In this document: positions 39,701 through 51,600 of the stretch, in pieces
Position numbering within the stretch: the first letter of the stretch is position 1
How the letters are laid out: each line of letters opens with the position of its first letter
Source: Ostrea edulis
Taxonomy: Eukaryota
NCBI RefSeq assembly: GCF_947568905.1
Contig: NC_079169.1
Coordinates: 55,428,001-55,492,000 of the forward strand
Direction: 5' to 3'
Length of the DNA: 64,000 nucleotides
Program-made: the position numbers and the translations under genes
Notes under the pieces: model-generated
Told to the model about the DNA's origin: nothing
Database searches by the model: none
The model's input: the letters and a program-made list of their open reading frames with translations, nothing else

Positions 39701-42700
39701 TCGTCGTTTCCTGTTCGAGCATTTGACCATTGCGTCTGAGGCATGGCGGTTTATACAAAACGCTCATTGTAGGTATGCTCAGCCTCTCAAGCAATACTCC
39801 CTCGTTCATTCTGCTGAATTTTTCCTCAGATCTTTTAAAGAATTATATTTAGTTATACAGATAGGTGTTTAATTCGTGCATACTTGGATAGTTTAAAATT
39901 GCCGTCAGTTACATCTTGTATTGCTTTAAAGAAACTAAGTATGGTGTCAATTGATTTGAAATGATCGAAAATACCATTAGCAAGAGTTATCAGGAGACGA
40001 CGTAGCTGGCCAAGAAAGGTGACTTTAATTCATTTAAATCATTCAGGTGACTGATGAAACACTCTTTCAAATGACAACATAAACAAGTGAAGATAACGAA
40101 CAGCAAACCTATAAAGAATACAAAATTAACAGAAGGGCAAACACGGTCCCCTGGAGATACTAGAGATGAAATTAGGTGCTAAGGAGAAGTGCGCATCCCC
40201 TGTTGACTGGTCACACTCGCCTTGAGTCCTATATCTTGATCAGATCTAAATACACGGAGTAATACGTAGTCAAAATCAGCATGTAAAGAAGAACGTAACA
40301 ATTCATATGAAACGCATCAGACAGTATTCGACTTTCTGGCAATTCTGCCATTTTTTGCATCAACTTAGACTTTATAATTTATAGCGCCTGATGATTACTG
40401 CTAAATTAATATATGAATTCACAGGGGCAAAGCCCGTTTTGGGCCTGAACTCTGTGATACTATAAATATAGAAAGGGTTCTAACTCTGACCCAGATAAAA
40501 AAAAAAAAACAACTACCCGCTCGCTTCAAATGCCTAAAAAATCAGAAAGTATGTGCAATATGCGTAATTGCCGGTCTCCTTGCATAGATTAATGTTTTAA
40601 TTATTTGCATGCCAAAGTTCAAGCCACAAGTTCTTACAATAACAGAGATATACATCATTGTTCTCTCGATTTCACTTCTTTATTTTTAACGTCTACACGA
40701 AGAACATTATTAAATTATGAGGAAGTCGTGATTTTATTTGTATATACAATAAGTTTTTGTTTCGATGCAATCAAATCAGGGACAACAATTTTCGAGAAGG
40801 TGTGCTTGACCATATCAAAGTCCATTGGATCAAAATAGATAGCGAAGGTTAAAGTTTTTGAAAAGTTGGTCAAAGATGCCTTTCAAACTACGTACTAGTA
40901 CGCAACAGTTTATTAATTTCAAACCCATATTTCTATATAGTGCATGTATGTTCATTTCATTATATTTTGTATAGATACCTGTTGGTAGAGCACACACACA
41001 GTTATGCGTATGACCATGATGACATTGACCAATTAATCCAGACGGACAAAAACAATGGTTGTTATCCATACACACTGAAAGAAAGAAAACATTACTCTGT
41101 AAATGGCTGAACAAGGTCAAAACAATACACCACTCGTGGTTGTATGCTACAGCTTCTACCATGTCTTCTTCAATACCTAACCTATATTGATTTAGAAATA
41201 TAAGTTTTCGCTCTCGTGCCATTGAAAAATTTGATTGCCCAGCCGTGATAAATCAAATATTGCCACGCTTTCTGTGAGGAAAAAGAGTTGCGCACATAGC
41301 TGCTGTGATACAGGCATTTTCAATTTAATATATAATGTAACAGTAAGGTTTACGTCCTATTCCAGAATTTGACGTCACAATATGTGAAGTGTCGTAAATT
41401 CTGACTTATCCATGACGTTCTAGGCCGTAGCAGTGCGGTTTCTTTATCGTCCCAACGCCGACCATGGCAAGGAACATCCGGTGAAGATTAAGGTACCATC
41501 CGAAAGACCCGAGACTTTAACTTCCAAAGCAGGGGGCTTGTCGAAGGAACAATCACCCTATCTATATATCCTCAGAAGGACAGAAAGACTATGGATTGAC
41601 TTGCAATAACAGATATTGTCTATTTTGGACTGTCCTCTATATGGCAGCAACAGCAAATTCCCAATGTTCTCTGGCTTAAGAAAAAAGTGTTTCATGCATT
41701 GTATGATCAATTCAAGTAATAGTGGCATAGTGAAATGTATAATTCTTCTAAAGACCTTAATTATATTATACCATGTATACAAAAATCATGTTTTGAAAAT
41801 ATTTACTACCAAAACAACTAATGAAAACATTTTGTAAATTCAGAACTTGCAATACCAAACTACCTACAGAAACGGGTAGATAGTGTGGTCAATCCAGAGA
41901 AAATAGACTATGTCAGCTATGCAATATGAAAAAGATGGGAGATGAATTTTCATTATTTATTCAATTGTAATGATGATTATCTAAAACAATCAAGTGCTTT
42001 GCTCATGGCAAGCTATTACTATAAGAACCCAAATATTTATTAATTTGAGCAACATTTGAACACATAAAACAGAAGTAAATTAATCAATTTAAGTAAATTC
42101 ATCAAAATTATTCCTGAGAGAGTATGTTCTCCAGGTTAATTGATCCATCTATGGACAACATTATATTATAGTTTGTCTCTTTTTTTTTAATTCTACCTTT
42201 ACCCGCCACTTACATCTATATTATGTTCCTTCTGTTTACTTCTCTATACTGTAATCTAGTTTAAGATAATAAAGATATTGTCATTATCTATTTCAATGTT
42301 GTGCTTCTAACGTCTTCTACTGACCTGTACATTGACATGTAGAGGAATATCCATTGAATTTACAGTGAGGATACCGTTGGCTTTGTAAGGGACAAATGTG
42401 TCCCGTGCAGTCAGCTCCAGAACGACAAGTCGTGGGTAGAGGCGCAGCAGAAGTGGCTGGAATGTAGTACAGTTAGTAATAATCAATTAAATTAATATGA
42501 CATGCACTTAATTTGTCTACAAAACACATATCATGAGATTTTAAAATCCATATATGTATGGAGAATTCTGTTCAGTGACCCATACTGATTCTTGAATTTA
42601 TTGATCGTTGTTCAATCGTTACCGAAAACATACAACCAATATACAATAAAGGTTTAAAAATTTAGAATCTGTCCATCAAACGAAATCCAAGAAACACAAC

Positions 42701-45700
42701 GTGTGTATCATATGAAATGCGGTTGATCTCCGTGCAATATATACGAAAGGATGGTTGTGTAAATAAAATGTGGACTCCAAAATATTCTATAGAACTTATA
42801 GGAAATTTGATACCAAAAAACTTTTCTCAAATCAACAACATCAAAACGTACAACATTTCACACTTTACACAATCATTCCTCACAATAGATTAAATACTAG
42901 ACCTATTGATCATAGACAGTTGATTTTTCAATAAATATAGAAAACGGAAACATTCATATTTTGTGATCAGTCATTAAAATTAATTTGTTGAACACCACTC
43001 TCATTCTACGCAAAAGTATCCTGAAGTTGATATTGCCTGATCCTACCTCTGGTGTGTCCAGGGTTCCATGTTTGCTCAACTCTCTATTTTGTAATGTTTA
43101 TAGGAATTATGATATTGATCACTGTTCGTTATCTTCACCTTTCATCTAGTTCCTAATCGACAATATTTTCGTAGTCTTTGGTGATCAGGTCTTCCAACAG
43201 TCTGTTGGTATTCCCATGGGCAGGAAATTCGTTCCATTCTTAGCTGGTCTGGGTTGTTTTTATTCTGACAGGATATAATTTATTGAAAGCATCTACACGA
43301 GAAGAAAAAAATTCTTGCTGTAGCCTTCATTTCGACATTCGACGACGTGTTATCTACGAACAATAATCATTTACCTTCATATGTTGATTCGATATATCCA
43401 TGTTAATTCGAAATAAACAAACCACAGAGTCTTTCACATCTGTTTCATACTTTGATATTTCATTGAACATAGATGGTAAATAGCAAACTAACAACTCAAC
43501 TCAACATTATGACAAAAAGGATGACTTCAGCATGTCCATCGTCAACTTTTCATGTTTATGTAGCAATATTCCAGTACTGAAAATATCCAATATTTACTAG
43601 ATGGCTAAATGTCGTAAATACTATCTATTCATAATTAACTATAATTGATAATCATATACATGTGACATCATTATGCATTAAATCGGGATCGGAATTCATA
43701 AGATTCGTATTCGTTTCTTATCCACCGCTAGCCTTATATCTTGATCAGGTAAACAGAGTCATTCGTAGTCAAAATCAGCGTCTAAAGAACGACCTAACAA
43801 TTGGTATGAAGAGATTAGACAGCAGTTGACCCAATAACAGGTTGTATTGTTAGATTAGATCGTTAAAACAACAATATAATTTGCGAACTGCTGAATTTAA
43901 ACAAGACTGTTGAAACTCCTGAAATATCAACTTATTTGTCAGTAGTCTGCCTTGATTTAAAAACTGATTATACGCAAAACAAACTCTTGAATATCGAATC
44001 AGTTGAAGACATAAACACCATATGCAAGATAATGGAATATAACTACAAAATATGAAAAGTTGACTATGGAGAAGTTAAAGTAATCCTGTCTGGCATAAAG
44101 TTGAGTTGTTAGGTGCTGTTCAATAAAATATCCAAGTACATGTATGAAACACATGTGGAAGACTTTTTAGTGTCGTGTTCACTGGGATATATGGAATCGA
44201 CACATGAATAAAAATGGATAGTTAGTATAAAAATAATAATAATAAAATGTCGATATATCTAAATGTCGAGTTGAAGGCTACAGCAAGATACTTTTTTCGT
44301 CTCATGCAGAAGCTTTAAATAAATTCTCCCTCGTAAGAGTATAAAAACGAACGATCACAATTCGTGCCCATGGGAATTCCAACACACTGTTGGAAGACCT
44401 GATAACCATATACTACGTATATATTTTCAATAAGGAACTCAGTCTCTTTTTTATATCAGCGACTGTTTCATCACCAAAACGACCGGTATCAGAGATAAAA
44501 GTCAAAGGTTTTTCTATGAAAAGAGTCCTGTGCCATGGTAGTTTTTGGTTCGATGAAGAACCTTCATTGTATGGCCATGACAGTCATGTACTGGTTAAAA
44601 GTCGTGGCATTACACCTACACCTGCTAACTATGAGTGAACAGTTTTCAGATATTTTCGAAAACAATAAACGCTCAAAGGCAAATTACGTTATCAATGTTA
44701 TTTTTCATCATGAAAGGTGAAGATAACGAACAGTGATCAATCTCATAACTCCTATAAGCAATACAAAATAAATAGTTGGGCAAACACAGACCCCTAGACA
44801 CACCAGAGGTGTGATCAGGTGCTTAGGAGGAGTAAGCATCCCCTGTCAACCGGTCACACCCGCCGTGAGCCCTATATCCTGATCAGGTAAACGGAGTTAA
44901 CCGTAGTCAAAATCAGTGTGCCAAGAACGGCCTAACAATCGGTATGAAACACGTCAGACAGCATTTGACCTATTGATAGGTTGCATTGACGAACTAGATC
45001 GTTATAACAACCACAGAATTTGCGAAATGCCGACTTCAATCGAGGTTGTTGAAACCCGTGTACCATTAACTTGTTTGTTAGTAGCTTGCCTCGATTTAAA
45101 AACTGACTATACGCAGATATCGAATCAGTTGAGAGATATAAACATCATATGCAGGAGATAATGGGATATTGCTATATAAATATGTGTCGCGTAGAACCAG
45201 ACCAGAAAAGGTAAAATCGTGTAGAATGCAATAAAACGTAACGGCCGGTTGATTGAAATTTCATACCAATCAAAAACACTTATTATGTTTCAATGAGTAA
45301 CCCAGACAATTTTCAAAAATAAACTAAGACATAGCAAATATTATTTAACAATACAGTTTCTTTTTTCCCATTATCATAATTTCAGTATATGTATTTTGAT
45401 AACTTCGGAGAGAACGCTGTTCTATTGATCTTTCATATGAATTCATGAATATTAATCAAACTTACTTTCAGTTGTTGGAGCTGAAAAAGATGCAGAGTTG
45501 AAAATGAACAAGCATTCTGAGAGTGTTGCATAAGCAATACATGTCCCCCTACCAGCACTCCCATTTATTGACGGGTGTTATATTCAAGATAATGTACATT
45601 TAATGTTGTTTGACCTTGAACTGTAACTTAAAACATTCGTATCAAGTCACCATTTTTACCAATATCGAATTAGTTTGATGTTTCGTTATTCATACATATG

Positions 45701-47570
45701 ACACATGTAGTTTTTATCAGAGATGAAATTCTCTTATTATATGATTACTAAATTGAATTCACAAAGACGTAGCATATATTATATATGTCACTTTGTACAT
45801 CTGGGTTTGATAACTATAGTTCTAAAACTCGGTACTCCGTCATTCTGCAACATACTGTTTGCCATGTTTTGATGCAGTTCACATGAAATCTGGGTCACCG
45901 TTTTTGCAACAACAACAAATACATGAGGGAAATAATCGTGCAAACGGATCAAAAACCAACACACCGATATAACATTCAGAATTGCATTTTTTTAATTGGT
46001 TTTTGTACACATAATAAAGTACATGAATACAACAAGTCATATATAATTATCATTATGTGCATGGATAGAGATAGTGAGAAAAAGAGAGAGGCATGTTTTA
46101 AGTAAATAGTAAGTTCCATCTGTTCCATTGAGTATCATTTTTTTTCTTTTCACCATTCTTATATGCTATATATTTGTGTGTTTCATAAAATAATTTCATT
46201 TGTGATATTGCAGCAGGCAAGTTTAAGGGTTTCTTAGTGCATCTTGCAGTATAGACATAATACTTCAGAAATAAATGATAGTGCTTTGTATATCACTATT
46301 ATTTTCAATACAAGCTAAAATAAAGGATTTCTTTGCAATTGTAATCTGTCGCTCAGTCTTATTTTCTAAAAATTGTTTGAATTCTACAAGAAATAGTTGT
46401 AAACAATCACATTCCCATAAAATATGTTCTATTGTTTTCTCCTCAGAGTGACAAAAGTTGCAATATTTAGAATCTATTCTTTTTATTTTGAACAATAATG
46501 AATTTGTTGCTAAAATTTTGTTTATAATTCTGTACTGAAACCAGTGGAGCTTACAGTCTTTTGTCACTCTGAAGGGTATTTTGTGGATTATTTTCCATTC
46601 CCTGTCGTCTACATCTAAAAGCTCACTCCATTTCTTTTTGCCAGCTGAGATCGAGTTATTTTTATTAAGAATTTCATAGAACAATTTTGATTTGTAACCA
46701 ATGTTTCTAAGAGAGATTCTTTACTGCCATCAAGAATAAGTGAAGTGTCATCAGCCAACTGGGAAATCTTTTCTACATTGTTTACAGTAATAACTTTAAT
46801 ACTTTTGTTTAATCTAATCTGAATAGCTAATATTTCTGCACAAATTAAAAAAATATATACGGTGACAAAGGGTCACCTTGTCTACACAGAATTGCATTTT
46901 AATTACCTTTAAATGACTTCGTAATACTACTTGCTATCAACTGTTCAAATGCCAATTTTAAATAGGCCTTCCCGTGATTTCGACTGAAGGAATACGATAA
47001 ATATAGATCTATGCTTACTGAGTACTACAGACTCACCCGCCTACACTTTACGTCTACATCCGTGATTAACATATTTGATAAATATTTTCATTTATGTGTG
47101 CCTTTAGCGATTAATGAACTTGAAATGTTGAATTTTTACATAATCAGCGACCCAGTTTCGTCGTCTGCATCTATTCAGATGTCATACTTTCAATAGAATC
47201 AAATCAGATCTTCTCTAACCGTTACACTGGAAAAAGATCTGACAGCATTGCATTTGAGGTCGTGTTATTTTACCTTTCACACTTGACCAATCAAATGACG
47301 GGTTGTGCTAACATGAAAGGTTTGCTGTTACATCGGAACATGCTTGGTAATTGTCATACTCATGTCAAATATTACCGAGAATCGAAGAAGATGGAGGCAG
47401 CCATGAGCGATGTTAGAACACCAAATAAAATATATTTCAACTATAATGGATGTATAATATCTAAGATCTTCCTTTAATGATGATCGCTTCAGTAAATTCA
47501 TTCCTGATTTGTCCTTGATTCAAACTACAGAATGATTTAAACGAATCCTAGCAAGCATAACGGGGAAAAA

Positions 47571-47624
<54 letters not shown>

Positions 47625-48559
47625 TAAATGAAATATATATGAGATAGATGAGCACCCCCCAGAATTACGACACCGGAAATGAGCTAAAATCGGGGCCTTA
47701 ATTTTAACGCTGTTTCAAGTCACAAACAGATCAGACTGGATTCGCCCGGTGCACAGAAGCCTGCTAACCGATGCCATAGCCGAAAATCGCGTGAAAATCG
47801 CTTCATGAATGAGTTTTAGGCGTTTAATTGAAAATAAGTGACAACAATGGAGCTTTTCTATTGTGACGTCACAGTCGTCTCTTAGATGTGCGAACAATGG
47901 TAACTATATGTATGTGAACCTACAGTCAAGCCTATCAGTCAATTGATATGGATGTAACTTGTTATTCACTTTGACGATTCATTTCTTTGTTATGCTTGAA
48001 CTTGATTGAAATTGATGTATACAACTATTCATTTACTAAGAAGGTAAACAATTGATTGCGGTTCATTTACAATGTTTGATATTTCATTGTCAGACCAGAA
48101 TTTGTATGAACGAGCGAGATATTGACCACTTGTTGGGAAAAGTAAATGTAGATTACAGTCGCGGTAGCTCAGTGGTAGAGAGTTCGCTTCGTAACTTGGA
48201 GGTCGCGAGTTCGAACCCCGCTCGTGCCATGGTCGTGTCGAACCTAAGACATAAATATAGGTAGTGATTGCTCCTTCGCCAAACGCTCGGCATTTAGAAA
48301 TGAGAATCACGGGTCTATCGGATATGACCTTAAAAACGGAGGTCCCGTGTCGCTGCAGGCGATGGTTAAAGAATACTCACGGTGCTGAGCGCTAAGCATA
48401 GGTCTAAATTTGTGGTATTTCACCTACAGCTGATGACGTCTTAATGTGAGTAAAAAAATGAGGGGACGCCAAACAAAGAGGCAAACAATAGTACGTGTTA
48501 TTACGTGAATTATGATCTTATTGAAGCAACTTACCAGCAGTGGACGTACCTACAAAATG

Positions 48560-48607
<48 letters not shown>

Positions 48608-48638
48608 GGGTTTTTTTGTTTTAACATTTTACAGGTTC

Positions 48639-48691
<53 letters not shown>

Positions 48692-51600
48692 ATAGTTTTT
48701 TTGTTTTAACATTTTACAGGTTCCTGACAAGTACATATTTTACGAATTTTGCGCTATTACAATAGGAATAAGAAAGAATAACTTGCGTATTGTTGTCGTA
48801 GCTGAAATGAAAATATCACATATCAGTACATCATACTACTTGAGCACATACATATGTAGGTAATATTTTATCATGTAGGTCATTTATACGTTGATCTCAG
48901 CATTTCAAATCATAGATACAAAACCATCAGTTATTATTAACAATAAATATCATTGATATCAAAACCATTGAAATCTAAAATATTGATAGCATTGATGCTA
49001 AATTACACGGCAGGAAACAATACCTAGCGGCTTGGGATCATGGTTAAGGCAGTGAAAGGTTTCCTTATCTCTCGTTTATATTTCGTTTTAATTGATAGAT
49101 TAACACTTTGATCTGTTTCGTTTCTCTCGATGTCTTTTCGCATTTTACAGGTATCCAACATTACATTCCAACGTTTTGTAAATTCTAGGGTCATTACATC
49201 ATATCTAAAAAGAAGATATAACTTACGTGTTGATGTCGTAGCTAAACAATTATATAGCACTGCTTATATCGACTGGTGGCTTTGTCACTTTAAACTAATT
49301 ACACTTACATGTACATAGCTCTCTTTGATGTATCTAGAGCGTAATATGTCCCAAACCTTTCGATATTGTATACCAATACTATGGTTAAGTGTTTCCTTCA
49401 TTCATTAAATTACCAATTTAATGTAGATGTGAAGAAATATCTTCATTGACGTACTAGACTAACTATCTTTATTCTCTCTGACAAGATGTAATTTTGTATA
49501 GACAGTCTGTTCCATTGTCGTGAATACAAATCATCAGATGCAATTCCATATTGTCACATTTCATTTAACGTTATTCACTGTATAATAATATTGCTCTGTT
49601 AATGGTATTCTATATGAATCCATATACATGTACATTATTTGTCGAAATGCGCATCTGGTGCATCAAAATTGGTACCGTATAAGTTTTACATGTATAAACG
49701 AACTTACTTTCAGTTGTTGAAGCTGAAAATAAGATATAGACGTTGAGTGGAGAATGAATTCGTAAGAAGTTAATTAAACGCTAATAAGTCTGTAGAATTA
49801 TGATATGATTTAGGTTATATTTCATGTCGATTTATTTCGTTTCGTTATAGTAAATTTTGTTCGAATTCGTTTTATCTTTTATTTTAGCACTTTACTGGTT
49901 CCTAGCATTACAAGTACATATTTTACGATTTTGGAAGTTTGAGCTATAACAAATATATAAAAAAGAATAACTTGCGTATTGTTGTCGTAGCTAAAAAAAA
50001 AAAAAAAAAAAAAAAAAAAACATATTACATATCAGTACATTAATTTACTTGAGTACATACATATGTAGTTAATATTTTATCATGTATATCATTTATACGT
50101 TGATCGCAACATTTCAAATCATAGATACATAACCATCAGCTATTATAAACAGTAAATATTGATATCAAAACCATTGAAATCTAAAATATTGATAGCATTG
50201 ATGCTAAATTACACGGCAGGAAACAATACCTAGCGGCTTGGGATCATGGTTAAGGCAGTGAAAGGTTTCCTTATCTCTCGTTTATATTTCGTTTTAATTG
50301 ATAGATTAACACTTTGATCTGTTTCGTTTCTCTCGATTTTTTTTTTTTTTTTTTTTTGATTTTTTTTTTTTGCATTTTACAGGTATCCAACATTACATTC
50401 TTGTGTTTTGCAAATTTTAGGGCCATTACATCATTTCTAGAAGAAGATATAACTTACCTGTTGTTGTCGTAGCTAAAAAGTAAAATAGCACTAATATACT
50501 GACTTGTCACTCTGTCACACCGATTTTCACTTGAAGCTAATTCCGCAATGATGTATCTAGAGCGTAATATGTCCCAAACCTTTCGACATTGTATACCAAT
50601 ACTATGGTTAACTGTTTGCTTCATTCATTAAATGACAAATTTAATGCAGATATGAAGACATCTCCTCACTGACGTACTAGACTAATTATCTTTATTCTCT
50701 CTGACAAGATGTAATTTTGTATAGACAGTCTGTTCCATTGTCGTGAATACAAATCATCAGATGCAATTCCATATTGTCACATTTCATTTAACGTTATTCA
50801 CTGTATAATAATATTGCTCTGTTAATGGTATTCTATATGAATCCATATACATGTACATTATTTGTCGAAATGCGCATCTGGTGCATCAAAATTGGTACCG
50901 TATAAGTTTTACATGTATAAACGAACTTACTTTCAGTTGTTGAAGCTGAAAATAAGATAAAGACGTTGAGTGGAGAATGAATTAGTAAGAAGTTAATTAA
51001 ACGCTAATAAATCTGTTGAATTATGACATGATATACGGTATATTTTATCTCGATTTATTTTGTTTCGTTAAATTTTGCTTGTTTTTTCTTTCTATTTATA
51101 TTTCATGTTTTGTTTAGCATTTTACTGACTACTAGTACATATTTTACGACTTTTGGAAGTTTGAGATATAAAGATAAATAGGAAAGAATAACTTGCGTAT
51201 TGTTGTCGTAGCTGAAACAAAAATATCACATATCAGTACAGTACACTACTTCAGCACATACCTATGTAGGTAATATTTTATCATGAACTTCATTTATACG
51301 TTGATCTCAGCATTTCAAATCATTGATACAAAACCATCAGTTATTATAAGCAATAAATATCATTGGTGTCAAAACCATTGAAATCTGAAATATGTATAGC
51401 ATTGCATCAATCTAGAGAACACAGTAGGAAACAATGCTTAGCAGCTTAGGATCATGGTTAAGGCAAAGACTCGTATATTACATCTCGTTTCTATTTCGTT
51501 TTAATTGATATACAATGTACATATTTCCGCTTTGGTTCCATTTCTCTCGATGTCTGTTCGCATTTTACAGGTAGTCAACATTGAATTCTTAAGTTTTGCA

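Noticed and set aside
47669-47683. 15-nt AG...GT candidate CTCATTTCCGGTGTC
   Set aside because: Encodes HFRC rather than Thr/Pro/Ser, has a weak GTAATT donor, and lies in what looks like a transposon end.
48157-48230. tRNA gene (also 31119-31168, 38142-38192, 52196-52257)
   Set aside because: Acceptor and anticodon stems do not pair, and the sequence runs into a SINE or element body. These are tRNA-derived repeats.
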